DNA of 64,000 nt, taken from an uncultured Planctomycetia bacterium (GTDB lineage Bacteria; Omnitrophota; Gorgyraeia; 2-02-FULL-51-18). A model generated the notes under the pieces. The model was not told the origin of the DNA. It made no database searches and saw nothing but the letters and a program-made list of their open reading frames with translations. Location of the stretch: assembly GCA_964642015.1 (NCBI GenBank), contig CAZXLF010000005.1, positions 139,847-203,846 of the forward strand, written 5' to 3'. A program made the position numbers and the translations under genes. Shown here one piece after another: positions 28,250 through 39,888 of this stretch (position 1 is the stretch's first letter; each line of letters starts with the position of its first letter).

Positions 28250-28891
28250 TTAAAAAGCCGGTTCGTTCCCTGGTTTCCACTTTATGGAACAGCCAATCGC
28301 AGGTTTCTGATGTGAAGACACAGGTTTGTCCTGAAGAACCGCATCAAGTGCTTCACGCACATCTTTGCCGGTTACCGGCTTGTCATTTCCGGGCCTTGCG
28401 TCGTCAAGTTGTCCTCTGTAAACAAGCTTGCGACCTTTATCGAACAGAAAAAAATCAGGTGTTGCGACAGCCGTGTAATTTTTTGCTACCGATTGTGTTT
28501 CGTCAAAAAGAAGCGGCATCGGAAATTTATCCTGAACGGCCATTTCTTTGAGACTTTCGGGAGAATCCTGAGCATAAGCAGCGGGATCATTGGAGCTGAT
28601 CGAGACAACAGCAACGTCTTTATTTGAATAATCGTTCACTAATTGAATGATTCCGTCTTTATCACGCTGCACAAAAGGGCAATGCCGGCAAATAAACACC
28701 ACCAAAAAAGCCTTTTTGGCCAAAAAATCATCGCGAGACACAAGTTTTCCTGTCACAACGTTCGGTAATTTGAAATCAGGCGCAGAGCTTCCCAAAGGCA
28801 AAAGCCCTTTCTTTCCTGCGCTCGTTTCTGAAAACGCCACGTTTTGAAGGATCATTAATCCAAACATGATCAAAATAAATATCTTTTTCAT
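28250..28891 (-). CDS. secreted thioredoxin-like (TlpA/AhpC-TSA/redoxin family) protein
   Basis: Signal peptide plus CRHC CxxC motif. Confidence 0.7.
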   Translation of the reverse strand: MKKIFILIMFGLMILQNVAFSETSAGKKGLLPLGSSAPDFKLPNVVTGKLVSRDDFLAKKAFLVVFICRHCPFVQRDKDGIIQLVNDYSNKDVAVVSISSNDPAAYAQDSPESLKEMAVQDKFPMPLLFDETQSVAKNYTAVATPDFFLFDKGRKLVYRGQLDDARPGNDKPVTGKDVREALDAVLQDKPVSSHQKPAIGCSIKWKPGNEPAF

Positions 28892-28902
28892 AAAACATCT
28901 TC

Positions 28903-29772
28903 TCATTTTTGCATCCACTGAACACATTTCTTCATTTGATCTTTCATTTCTTGCTTAGAACCACGAAATCTTCTTCCGTGACCCGGCAACACCCATTCAA
29001 AATCATATTGAGCGAGCGTTTTCATGGACTGGACCAATTTTGGCCATGAATACCAGCACGCACCTCGAAAAGCATACAAATGCCCAAGTTCCGGTGAATA
29101 AGCCAGATGATCTCCAGTGAATAAAAATTCATTTTTAAACAAAAGCGTCGTATGCCCTTTCGTATGACCGGGAACTGGAATGACCGTGAGATCCTCCTCG
29201 AGCTTGATCGGAGCCTCTCCTTTTATCTGCATTTCGATATTTCTGGTATCCTGGCTGACATCATCCGCATGCAAAATTCTCTGGCAATGAAAATGCTTTT
29301 GGTATGCTTCGTGCTCTGCTACATCATCGCGGTGCGTTAGGTAAAGGTATTTGATCCCGCCCATTGCCTCGATATTTTTCACAAGCGGTGCCGCAAATCT
29401 GGGCGAATCAACGAGCACATTACCTGATTTTGTCTTTATAAAATAACTGGCTGCCCCGTAAGACCTTTCAGAATGATAACCGCAATAAAATACCTCATCT
29501 TTGATTTTCAGGGGAAAGGATTGAACTGCTTTACTGAGTTCATCCGGCTTACGAACCGTGCCGATGGATGCGGTGGGACAACAAACGAGCGCCTGCAAGG
29601 CCTGAAAATTTTCCGCTGGATCTGCTGGTTGGCGATAAACCGCTGACTGGCCTCCGGATTCATGAAAAGATCCTGGGGCGACCCATCGGCAAGCATCGCA
29701 ATCAATGCAGGTTTCGTCTACGAAAAAATTTCCTTCGACATTTTCGGGGCGTTTTTTGGTGATTTGAGCCAT
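28903..29772 (-). CDS. 4Fe-4S ferredoxin domain - metallo-beta-lactamase fold fusion protein
   Basis: N-terminal CIDCDACRWV...CCP ferredoxin-like region, then MBL motifs (THRDDVAEH, HTKGHT). Confidence 0.65.
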   Translation of the reverse strand: MAQITKKRPENVEGNFFVDETCIDCDACRWVAPGSFHESGGQSAVYRQPADPAENFQALQALVCCPTASIGTVRKPDELSKAVQSFPLKIKDEVFYCGYHSERSYGAASYFIKTKSGNVLVDSPRFAAPLVKNIEAMGGIKYLYLTHRDDVAEHEAYQKHFHCQRILHADDVSQDTRNIEMQIKGEAPIKLEEDLTVIPVPGHTKGHTTLLFKNEFLFTGDHLAYSPELGHLYAFRGACWYSWPKLVQSMKTLAQYDFEWVLPGHGRRFRGSKQEMKDQMKKCVQWMQK

Positions 29773-29779
29773 AAAAACC

Positions 29780-31033
29780 TCAGAAGCTGTGTTCCAAAGT
29801 GCGCGGATCAAAACGCAACACACGCAATTGCTTCGCAAATGAAGCCATTGCCGCCACAATGCCTAGCGTGACGATCCCGCCTACTGCAACACATGGGATC
29901 GTACCGATCCACGAGGCCAACATACCGCTTTCAAAAGCGCCGAGTTCGTTGGAGGCAGAAATGAAAACCCAATTCGCAGCGGCAATCCGTCCTCGCATAT
30001 GATCCGGCGACAGAAGTCTCAACATTGAACGGCGAATGACGACACTGACTCCGTCGAATACACCGCTTAAAAATAATGCGCCCATTGATACCCAAAAATT
30101 TTTAGAAAAAGCAAAGAGGATGATACTAAATCCAAATCCCGCGACAGTCAAAAGCAGATTACGCCCCGCACGGGCTATCGGAGGCTTATGCGTAGCCATC
30201 AGCGTAATGAGAAGCGCTCCCAGTGAAGGTGCTGCGTTCAATAATCCCAATCCCTTTGCGCCCACGTGGAGAATATCATCCGCATAAATAGGCAAAAGCG
30301 CCACTGCCCCACCGAACAGCACCGCGAAAAGATCCAGTGCCAGAGCGCCGATAAGCGGCTGATTTTTCCAGACAAAATGCCAGCCAGCGCCGATACTTTT
30401 TAAAATAGGCTCTTCCTGTTTCAAAATTGTCTGCGACTTTTTGGGAATAAAGAACATGCAGATCAGAGAAATGATAAAACAGCCCGTAATAACAAGATAT
30501 GAACCTCTGGCGCCCCACGCGTCAAAAATAAATCCTATCGCCGCAGGGCCCGCGACCGCACAGCTCACCCATGTGCTGCTGATCCACGATGCCGCATTGA
30601 CAGTCAGATGTTTCGGCACCACCTGCGCTTCAAAAGCGGTATTGGCAGGATCCGCAAAACCGCGCGCCACTCCCGCCAAAAATATCACCGAATAAAGACT
30701 TGCCAACGACGCAGCCTGGCTCTGCCAGGAAAAATAAGCTAAAAGCGCCGCGCAAAAACATGAAACAGTCTTCGTGATTACAAGAATGCCTTGACGATTG
30801 AAGCGGTCGGCAACGTAACCGCCGAAAAGAACCAGAGAGATCGCCGGGATCGCTTCGACAAGACCCAACCAACCCAGAGAACGCGGATCATGCGTGATGC
30901 GGTAGATTTGAAATCCAATAACCACCGCCAAAGCGCGACTTGCTAACGTAAAAAAAGCGGTCGATCCGATAAAATAACGGACATCGGCTAATTTGAGGGC
31001 ATCGGTGAAATGAAAAGGTTTATCCTGGCTCAT
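29780..31033 (-). CDS. MFS transporter
   Basis: 417 aa with 12 predicted TM helices; MFS-type GxLaDrxGrR-like loop. Confidence 0.8.
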   Translation of the reverse strand: MSQDKPFHFTDALKLADVRYFIGSTAFFTLASRALAVVIGFQIYRITHDPRSLGWLGLVEAIPAISLVLFGGYVADRFNRQGILVITKTVSCFCAALLAYFSWQSQAASLASLYSVIFLAGVARGFADPANTAFEAQVVPKHLTVNAASWISSTWVSCAVAGPAAIGFIFDAWGARGSYLVITGCFIISLICMFFIPKKSQTILKQEEPILKSIGAGWHFVWKNQPLIGALALDLFAVLFGGAVALLPIYADDILHVGAKGLGLLNAAPSLGALLITLMATHKPPIARAGRNLLLTVAGFGFSIILFAFSKNFWVSMGALFLSGVFDGVSVVIRRSMLRLLSPDHMRGRIAAANWVFISASNELGAFESGMLASWIGTIPCVAVGGIVTLGIVAAMASFAKQLRVLRFDPRTLEHSF

Positions 31034-31045
31034 TAAATACCCATC

Positions 31046-31912
31046 TCAGACTCTCATATTTCTTAAGCGTTCTATTCTCTCCTTTACCGGAGGATGCGTA
31101 GAAAACAGACTCAAGATGGAATCCGTCGAAAAATGATTCACAATATAAAGATGGCTAAATGCCGGCTGAAGATGCGGTAATTCCGTCTGATTTTGAAAAT
31201 CTTTGATCAGATTAGGATCCGATATCTTCTCAAGCGCGGATGCCAAAGCAAGCGGATCGTGCGATAAATGCGCTCCCTCGTCATCGGCTAGATATTCCCG
31301 CGACCGCGAAATGGCAAGTTGAACCAGCGTCGTAGCGATTGGAGCTAAAATGATCGTAATCAGAAGTGCTATAGGATTCACTCCTCTCCTGTCGTCATCA
31401 GAGCTTCGATAACCGCCGAAGAAACTCATCCATTGAGCCATATGAGCCAGATACATGATAGCCGAAGCGATCGTCGCTGCGATCGTACAGATCAGCGTAT
31501 CTCTATCTTTAATATGGCTCATCTCATGTGAAAGAACGGCGCGAATCTCTTCTTTGTCTAAAATATTTAAAAGACCCTGCGTGACACAAACTGCGGCATG
31601 ATTTTCGTCTCTGCCCGTGGCAAAGGCATTCGGAGCCAGATCCGGCACCTTATAAACTTTGGGCATTGGGAGATTGTCACGCTGAGCCAATTCCCGGACA
31701 ATACCATAAATAGGATCGGCATCAGGAATTTCCTCAGCTTGATGGACCGAAAGTACAATCTTATCGGAATACCAATAAGAACCGATATTCATAACAAGAG
31801 ACATGATAAAAGCAAAAAATATTCCTGTCTGACCGCCCAACGTGTAGCCGATCATCAATAAGATAGCGCTTAAAACACCGAGCAATACAAAAGTCTTAAC
31901 TGTTTGACCCAT
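31046..31912 (-). CDS. htpX: M48 zinc metalloprotease HtpX
   Basis: HEMSHI zinc-binding motif, N-terminal TM helices, C-terminal HPPVKERI. Confidence 0.88.
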   Translation of the reverse strand: MGQTVKTFVLLGVLSAILLMIGYTLGGQTGIFFAFIMSLVMNIGSYWYSDKIVLSVHQAEEIPDADPIYGIVRELAQRDNLPMPKVYKVPDLAPNAFATGRDENHAAVCVTQGLLNILDKEEIRAVLSHEMSHIKDRDTLICTIAATIASAIMYLAHMAQWMSFFGGYRSSDDDRRGVNPIALLITIILAPIATTLVQLAISRSREYLADDEGAHLSHDPLALASALEKISDPNLIKDFQNQTELPHLQPAFSHLYIVNHFSTDSILSLFSTHPPVKERIERLRNMRV

Positions 31913-31997
31913 AAGAATTGTTCCTTTTACCTTTTTATTATACCAAAAAAACAGGGCGCTCTTAGTCGATGAAACCAAGAGAGCCCTTTTTATTTAC

Positions 31998-32075
31998 TGG
32001 CGGGGCCGAAGGGTTTCGAACCCTCGATCTCCTCCGTGACAGGGAGGCGCTTTAAGCCAGCTAAGCTACGGCCCC
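31998..32075 (-). tRNA. tRNA-Asp (anticodon GTC)
   Basis: Hand-folded: acceptor GGGGCCG/CGGCCCC, anticodon loop CTGTCAC, T-arm GGTTCGAAACC, discriminator G, encoded CCA. Confidence 0.85.
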
Positions 32076-32133
32076 AATCTTATTCTAGCCGTAATCCGCC
32101 AACGCTTTAGTGGTGGACACGGCCCCTAAAATC

Positions 32134-32396
32134 TTATGATTGTACCTTATCCGTCAATACCAAAACTCTATTATTCAAAACTTCTAGAAAACCGCCTTCA
32201 ACTTTGAAAGTCTGGGTTTTGCCTTGAGGATCACGAAAAGTTAAATTTCCTTGTGAAACCGTCGTGATGAAAGGCGCGTGATTCGCCAAGATGCCTAAAT
32301 AGCCCAATGCTCCCGGCGCCACGACAGACACTGCCTGTCCTTCAAAAAATACTTCGGAAGGTGTTACGATCTTCAAAGTAAAAGTCGGTTCAGGCA

Positions 32397-32397
<1 letters not shown>
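32134..32397 (-). CDS. atpC: F1 ATP synthase epsilon subunit (short form lacking C-terminal helical domain)
   Basis: 87 aa beta-sandwich domain; last gene of the atp operon. Confidence 0.85.
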
Positions 32398-33875
<1,478 letters not shown>

Positions 33876-33880
33876 TTATT

Positions 33881-34741
33881 TTATACCAAAACGCTCGCGC
33901 CACTCACAATTTCTGAGAGTTCGCGCGTGATCGTAGCCTGTCTTGTTTTGTTCCTTAAAAGTTTCAGATCATCCAATACTTCTTCGGCATTTTCTGTAGC
34001 CTGTTTCATGGCCACCATGCGCGCGCCGTATTCGGAGGTAAGCGACTCTAAAAGCATGAGGTACATTTTTCCTTCGATATAGCGTGAAAGAAGCGCAATA
34101 AAAACTTCTGCAAAATTCGGCTCATAAATATAATCGGAAGAGCCTTGATCCTCTTTGACCGTTTCCATCAAATAACTCAAGCTAAGGAACGGAGCCACTT
34201 TGACCTGTCCCGCGGTGCCGGCGCGATACGCCGCATAAAGGATCTCGATCGAATCGATTTCTCCATTCAAAAAAGCGCCTTTCAATTCTTCCGTTATTTT
34301 TTTCGTCAAAGGAAGATCCACCATCGATTTCTCAGGATAAGATCTGAGGATCGCAACGTGCCTTTTCCTAAAAAACTCATAACCGATTTTTCCGACCGGC
34401 ACAACGAACGTCTGAAAAGTGCGATTATCCGCGATCCATTGATTGGCGGCGCGGATCAAGTTCGTATTATAGGAACCGCAAAGCCCTTTATCGCCGGTCA
34501 TCACGATCAACGCCTTCTTTTTGACCGTTCTTTTTTCAAACAAAGGGTCCGATAGATTCTCGGCTTTGCTTGACAGATGCGAGACGAGTTTTTCCATCTC
34601 GACGATATAATTCTTGGACTTTGACCAGCGGTTCTCGGCTCTCTTAAAACGGAACGCGGCGATCATTTCCATCGCTTTCGTGATCTCATGGATCGAATCG
34701 ATGGATTTCATACGCCTTCGGATCTGTCTTAGAGAAGCCAT
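33881..34741 (-). CDS. atpG: F1 ATP synthase gamma subunit
   Basis: 286 aa; gamma-subunit N- and C-terminal coiled-coil signatures. Confidence 0.9.
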   Translation of the reverse strand: MASLRQIRRRMKSIDSIHEITKAMEMIAAFRFKRAENRWSKSKNYIVEMEKLVSHLSSKAENLSDPLFEKRTVKKKALIVMTGDKGLCGSYNTNLIRAANQWIADNRTFQTFVVPVGKIGYEFFRKRHVAILRSYPEKSMVDLPLTKKITEELKGAFLNGEIDSIEILYAAYRAGTAGQVKVAPFLSLSYLMETVKEDQGSSDYIYEPNFAEVFIALLSRYIEGKMYLMLLESLTSEYGARMVAMKQATENAEEVLDDLKLLRNKTRQATITRELSEIVSGASVLV

Positions 34742-34747
34742 CCGTGC

Positions 34748-36259
34748 TTATCCTTTTAGGAACTGACCTTTATATTCAACGGCCGATTTATCCAAACGCT
34801 GCATGATCGAATCATTCAGATCTTTTAGTTTCTCAATATCATTCACAACATCAGGATATTTTTGCGCCAAAAATTTGTAATAACCCTTTTCAAAATCCTG
34901 CACTTTTTCAAGAGGCACATCATCGATAAAACCTTTTGTCGCAATATAAATGATACTTACTTCCTGTGCGAGCGAATGCGGCACATATTGTCCTTGCTTC
35001 AGGATCTCGACAAGCCGCGAACCGCGGTTCAGCTGATCGCGCGTGGACTTATCCATGTCGGAACCAAACTGCATGAACGCCGCCAGCTCTCGGTACTGCG
35101 CCAATTCCAAACGAAGTTTACCGGCAACTTTCTTCATTGCTTTGGTTTGAGCATTTCCGCCGACGCGCGACACCGAAAGACCGACGTTGATAGCCGGACG
35201 CACACCCTGATAGAAAAGATCCGTTTCAAGATAGATCTGGCCGTCCGTAATCGAAATAACATTCGTCGGGATATAACCGGACACGTCGCCGGCTTGCGTC
35301 TCAATAATAGGAAGAGCCGTAAGACTTCCACCTTTCAGATCATCGCGAAGCTTAGCTGCACGCTCTAAAAGCCGTGAATGAAGATAGAAAACGTCGCCCG
35401 GAAACGCTTCGCGTCCCGGCGGACGTCTTAAAAGAAGTGAAAGCTCGCGGTAGGCCGCGGCGTGTTTTGTAAGATCATCATAGATCACAAGCGCGTGCAT
35501 GCCGTTATAAAGATAATATTCTCCGATCGCAGCGCCTGTATAAGGACTCAGATATTGAAGTGTCGCCGCTACATCGGCAGGGGCACTGACGATCGTCGTG
35601 TATTCCATCGCACCGCGGTCTTCCAAAATTTTTACCACCGACAAAACGCTGGAGGATTTCTGTCCCGTTGCGACATAAATACAATGAACATCTTTTCCTT
35701 TTTGGTTTAAGATCGTGTCGATGACAACCGCGGTCTTTCCAGTCTGACGGTCACCAATTATAAGTTCTCTTTGCCCGCGTCCGATAGGGATCATTCCATC
35801 AATGGCTTTGATACCGGTCTGAAGCGGTTCTTTCACGGACTGACGTGGAAGAACTTCCGGCGCGCGGAATTCAATCGGACGTGTCTCTGTGGCAACAATC
35901 GGGCCTTTGTTATCCAACGGACGGCCGAGCGGATCCACGATACGTCCCAAAAGGCCTTTTCCGACAGGAATACTTGCGATCTTGCCTGTGCGCTTGACAA
36001 TATCACCTTCATTGATGCCATGGCCTTCGCCGCAAAGCACCACACCAACATTCGTTTCTTCCAAATTAAGCGCGATACCAAGTTCACCGCCTGGAAATTC
36101 CAAAAGTTCACCGGCCATGCAGTCGTCAAGACCGTAAACGCGCGCGATTCCGTCACCGACCGAAAGGATCACGCCGGTCGATTCCATTTTGACGCCAGAT
36201 TCGTAATTTTTGATTTCCTGTTTCAGGATCTCTGCTATTTCATCCGATCGTAATGCCAT
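34748..36259 (-). CDS. atpA: F1 ATP synthase alpha subunit
   Basis: Walker A GDRQTGKT; 503 aa. Confidence 0.95.
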   Translation of the reverse strand: MALRSDEIAEILKQEIKNYESGVKMESTGVILSVGDGIARVYGLDDCMAGELLEFPGGELGIALNLEETNVGVVLCGEGHGINEGDIVKRTGKIASIPVGKGLLGRIVDPLGRPLDNKGPIVATETRPIEFRAPEVLPRQSVKEPLQTGIKAIDGMIPIGRGQRELIIGDRQTGKTAVVIDTILNQKGKDVHCIYVATGQKSSSVLSVVKILEDRGAMEYTTIVSAPADVAATLQYLSPYTGAAIGEYYLYNGMHALVIYDDLTKHAAAYRELSLLLRRPPGREAFPGDVFYLHSRLLERAAKLRDDLKGGSLTALPIIETQAGDVSGYIPTNVISITDGQIYLETDLFYQGVRPAINVGLSVSRVGGNAQTKAMKKVAGKLRLELAQYRELAAFMQFGSDMDKSTRDQLNRGSRLVEILKQGQYVPHSLAQEVSIIYIATKGFIDDVPLEKVQDFEKGYYKFLAQKYPDVVNDIEKLKDLNDSIMQRLDKSAVEYKGQFLKG

Positions 36260-36270
36260 TCGTTTCTCCT

Positions 36271-36834
36271 TTAAATTTTGCGGATCTCTTTGAGATCCTT
36301 TCTGAACATTTCAAGCTGCCTTCGCGCGGTGCCATCGATGACACGGTGACCAAGCTTGACCATCACGCCTCCGATCAATAACGGCTCTACACTTTTTTTG
36401 ACCTCAATTTTATAACCGGCGATCTTTTCGAGACGCGATACGATCTGCTGTTCTTGTCTGTCATTTAACGGCATCGCGCTGTGTATCTCAACGGTAGCTT
36501 CACCGCGCGCCTGATCGGATATCCGTCTGAACGCCGAAGCGATTTCGCGTGCCAGGTCGATGCGGTGTTTTTTCAAAAGAACCGTTAAAAAGTCCAACAT
36601 CACCGCCTTTAACCCGTCCTGACCTCTGGACGGATAAAGCCGCATCAAAAATTTCCTTTTTTCCTCGATGGGAAACCGCGGATTTAAAAGAAAACGCTCC
36701 ATTTCCGGAGATTCATCCAGGCCTTCCGCGAATTGTCTCAGTTCATCGCCGATCTTCACATCCTGATCCGTCTCGACGGCAATTTCATACAACGCACGGG
36801 CGTAACGCTCGGCAGCGACAAGATCCGCCATCAA
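36271..36834 (-). CDS. atpH: F1 ATP synthase delta (OSCP) subunit
   Basis: 187 aa OSCP-like protein positioned between atpF and atpA. Confidence 0.8.
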   Translation of the reverse strand: MMADLVAAERYARALYEIAVETDQDVKIGDELRQFAEGLDESPEMERFLLNPRFPIEEKRKFLMRLYPSRGQDGLKAVMLDFLTVLLKKHRIDLAREIASAFRRISDQARGEATVEIHSAMPLNDRQEQQIVSRLEKIAGYKIEVKKSVEPLLIGGVMVKLGHRVIDGTARRQLEMFRKDLKEIRKI

Positions 36835-37322
36835 TTCAATCTTTCAATTTGCTGAATGAATTGGTCGACAAGCTTTTCATTCTGCGAGGAGTCCAGCTTT
36901 TGGCTCAGGATCTTTTCGGCCATCAGTGTTGAAATTTCAACGATCTGGTTGCGCATACCGATCTTGGCTTTTGTCAGGTCCTGATCGATCTCAGCTTTGG
37001 CACGATCAATCAGCTTTTGCGAATCAACTCTCGCTTTTTCCTGAATATCGCGCGCCAATGCAAGACCTATGTTCGAAGCTTCTTGGATCTTGACGCGGGC
37101 TTCCTGTTCGATGTTGTCTAGCCGTTTGCGGTAATCTTTTTCAAGATCCTCTAGATTTTTTTTCTGCCGTTCGATCTCCGCGAATTCATCACCGATCTTT
37201 TTCCGGCGCGCGTCGATCGCACCCAGCAGTTTTCCCCAGGCAAAATGCTTGAGGATCAAAAAAACCAATCCAAAACCAAGGATCTGAACGATTATTTCGC
37301 TTAAAATTTCCTTATTACCCAT
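36831..37322 (-). CDS. atpF: Fo ATP synthase b subunit
   Basis: N-terminal TM helix plus long charged coiled coil. Confidence 0.85.
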   Translation of the reverse strand: MGNKEILSEIIVQILGFGLVFLILKHFAWGKLLGAIDARRKKIGDEFAEIERQKKNLEDLEKDYRKRLDNIEQEARVKIQEASNIGLALARDIQEKARVDSQKLIDRAKAEIDQDLTKAKIGMRNQIVEISTLMAEKILSQKLDSSQNEKLVDQFIQQIERLN

Positions 37323-37351
37323 GAATCACCTTTTAATAAATAATTCTTGGT

Positions 37352-37588
37352 TTAAGCGATCTTTCCCGAAAGAACGAAAACAACGACCAGCACGTAGATC
37401 GTCAAAGCTTCGATCAGCGCGCAACCGGCCATCATGTTCACGAGGATCTTTCCGGATGCTTCCGGCTGACGGGCCGTGGCTTCCATCGCCGACGCGACGG
37501 CTTTTCCTAAACCGAGCGCCGAACCGAATGCCGCGATGCCGAGCGACAACGGAAGAAAGATCGATAATGCGGTTTGAAAATTAGGCAT
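37352..37588 (-). CDS. atpE: Fo ATP synthase c subunit
   Basis: 78-aa hairpin proteolipid with conserved acidic residue in helix 2. Confidence 0.88.
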   Translation of the reverse strand: MPNFQTALSIFLPLSLGIAAFGSALGLGKAVASAMEATARQPEASGKILVNMMAGCALIEALTIYVLVVVFVLSGKIA

Positions 37589-37602
37589 AATAAAATAACC
37601 TC

Positions 37603-38541
37603 CTATTGATGATTGTGTTGAACTGCATGATGATGCCCGTCCTCAGAAGAGACATGCTCTTCTTTGTGCTCGTGAGGAAGCATCATCGCGATATAGACCG
37701 TGCTTAATAGCGTGAACACAAATGCCTGAATGGTCCCTGTGACCATCGCCAGCAGCAAAAAAGGAAAATGAAGCGGTACTGCTGCCGGTATCGGCAGAAA
37801 TGCCAGCATCCCTATTCCCAAACTCATAAAAACCGCCAGCAACACATCTTCACCCCATACATTTCCATAAAGACGGAACATGAGGCTGAGCGGTTTCGCA
37901 AACTCTCCGATCAAATGAATGACAAACATGAGCGGCATTAAAATAAATCCAAAAATGTCCCGCGGCGTTCCGGCCATGTGATCCAAATAGCCGACAATGC
38001 CCTGCTCTTTGATCCCGATAAATTGAACATAAAAGAAAACAATGATCGCAAGTGCTGCTGTAACCGTCGGAACAGGAATAGTGATCGGCCCAAGATGCAT
38101 GATCAAAGATGAAGATGTCGGGGCTTTCATCAGCGGAATGAGCCCGATAAGATTCATTGCCCAAATATAAAGAAACAGCGTACCAAGGAATGGGGTATAT
38201 TTTTTTCCTTGAGGTCCCAAAATTCCGCACACAAAACCATCCAGTCCTTCAACAATCGCCTCGCACGCTGTCTGAAGCCTTCCCGGAACCTGTAACAAAT
38301 GGCGCGAAGCCAGAAAAAATATCAATGATACGAGTGAAATAACAAGAACATTGAAAATGATCGTTTCATAACGACGCAAAAACTCAGCGGCTGGTGAGTT
38401 GCCCAGATAATGAGCGATCAATTCGACAAAATTCAAAATCTCGTAGGAAGATTCTTTTTTTTCTGGGGTCTCTGCTGCGAAAGCAATGACGGGACTTGCT
38501 ATGAAAAATGCGGCTGACGATATCAAATTCCTAAGCTTCAT
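37603..38541 (-). CDS. atpB: Fo ATP synthase a subunit with His-rich C-terminal tail
   Basis: Subunit a TM architecture with conserved Arg in the penultimate helix; C-terminal HEHKEEHVSSEDGHHHAVQHNHQ. Confidence 0.85.
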   Translation of the reverse strand: MKLRNLISSAAFFIASPVIAFAAETPEKKESSYEILNFVELIAHYLGNSPAAEFLRRYETIIFNVLVISLVSLIFFLASRHLLQVPGRLQTACEAIVEGLDGFVCGILGPQGKKYTPFLGTLFLYIWAMNLIGLIPLMKAPTSSSLIMHLGPITIPVPTVTAALAIIVFFYVQFIGIKEQGIVGYLDHMAGTPRDIFGFILMPLMFVIHLIGEFAKPLSLMFRLYGNVWGEDVLLAVFMSLGIGMLAFLPIPAAVPLHFPFLLLAMVTGTIQAFVFTLLSTVYIAMMLPHEHKEEHVSSEDGHHHAVQHNHQ

Positions 38542-38920
38542 TTTTCACCGATTTTCCCTGAGAAGTTTGCAAATTGAAGCGGATCCAAACGATCGCTAGA
38601 GCCGCAAAATACAATGTCAGACCAAGCAACACGCTGTAAACCGGAAAGGCTCTGGTCCTCAAAATAAAAAAACCGGCGACATAAAGCACCGGGAATTTAA
38701 CGATAGAGAAGATCAGAATTCTTTCATTTTGCTTCGGTTTAGGATGCAATCCCATGTCCAAAAGCTGATAGAGAAAAAAACTATTCAAAAAAACCCATAA
38801 ACTACCGATCAGAGTCCCGCAAGCCCAGGCCCAGCCTTTCGCAAAATATAATACCAAAGAAAATAAAACAGTAAGCCCAAGACCTAGAAATGAAACACTT
38901 TTAAAAAAAGAATAGTACAT
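38531..38920 (-). CDS. atpI: ATP synthase protein I (AtpI)
   Basis: 129-aa four-TM protein immediately upstream of atpB. Confidence 0.65.
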   Translation of the reverse strand: MYYSFFKSVSFLGLGLTVLFSLVLYFAKGWAWACGTLIGSLWVFLNSFFLYQLLDMGLHPKPKQNERILIFSIVKFPVLYVAGFFILRTRAFPVYSVLLGLTLYFAALAIVWIRFNLQTSQGKSVKNEA

Positions 38921-38945
38921 TAAAAATTTCCCGTTGTTTCTTAAG

Positions 38946-39194
38946 CTATTTGCCCTCGTCGTCTTTTTGTATTTGTCTTAAAAGACGGAATACTTCACGT
39001 CCCGAGGCGATAAATCCTAAGAATACAAAAATTATTGTAAACCATGGATAACTATGGGCCTTACGATCGAGCCAAGAACCCAAAAAAAACCCAATGGCAG
39101 GACCTACCAGGAGAATAATGGGAATTGTGGTAAGGATACCTAACTGCTTAACTTGCGAATAAAAAGCATCCTTTTTTTCAGCCATAAAACCCAC
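38946..39194 (-). CDS. AtpZ/AtpR-like small membrane protein
   Basis: 82 aa, two TM helices; position as first gene of the atp operon. Confidence 0.6.
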   Translation of the reverse strand: MGFMAEKKDAFYSQVKQLGILTTIPIILLVGPAIGFFLGSWLDRKAHSYPWFTIIFVFLGFIASGREVFRLLRQIQKDDEGK

Positions 39195-39206
39195 TAATTT
39201 TGGCTA

Positions 39207-39235
39207 ATTCTAACAAGCGGGTTTTCTTTTGTCAA
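39207..39235 (-). promoter_or_regulatory. sigma-70-like promoter of the atp operon
   Basis: Minus-strand TTGACA, 17 nt, TAGAAT just upstream of atpZ. Confidence 0.55.
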
Positions 39236-39250
39236 TCGATGGTTTTGGAC

Positions 39251-39874
39251 TTATTGAACGGATACAGCAACTTCCTTTTTGGCTTCTTGAGCTTTAGGAA
39301 TAGTAACGGTTAAAACACCGTTGTCATACTTGGCTTGAATGCCTGAATCCTTAGCAGGTGCGGGAAGCTTGATCGCCCTTTCAAACGCGCCATGTTGTCT
39401 TTCTATACGACTGTATTGGCTGTCGGCGGTCGTTTTTTGTTCTTCCTTATCCAATTCACGGCTGCCGCTTACTTTGAGAACTTGGTTGTCCTCTATCTTG
39501 ATCTTGATCTGATCCTTAGAAACTCCAGGTAGGTCCATTTTTACGGTCATATCCGTATCGGTTTCTTTAACATCCGCATCTCCAAAGACTGTCGGTGTCG
39601 CAAGCGTGGTTTGATTCGTATCCAGCGAATGAGTCATCTTGATCTGGCCGGTCGTATCATCCCAAGTAGGCACGCCTTCTTCGGCAACGATCTTCTGCAC
39701 CTCAGAAGTGATCTGACTGTACTGCGCTTTCAATGCCTTGAGTTGAGCTAAATACGCGCGATAATCCTGCTTAGCTTGTTGATAATTCGGATTGTCCGAA
39801 GTGGAATCAGCGAATGCGGAATATCCATTCAGTATTCCTAAAACAAAAACGGTGACACAAAAAAAATTTTTCAT
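39251..39874 (-). CDS. Hsp20/alpha-crystallin small heat-shock protein with Sec signal peptide
   Basis: Signal peptide (GYSAFA|DS) and C-terminal alpha-crystallin domain (MDLPGV..., GVLTVTIPK); AGGTG RBS 7 nt upstream. Confidence 0.8.
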   Translation of the reverse strand: MKNFFCVTVFVLGILNGYSAFADSTSDNPNYQQAKQDYRAYLAQLKALKAQYSQITSEVQKIVAEEGVPTWDDTTGQIKMTHSLDTNQTTLATPTVFGDADVKETDTDMTVKMDLPGVSKDQIKIKIEDNQVLKVSGSRELDKEEQKTTADSQYSRIERQHGAFERAIKLPAPAKDSGIQAKYDNGVLTVTIPKAQEAKKEVAVSVQ

Positions 39875-39888
39875 GGCTGCACCTCTTT

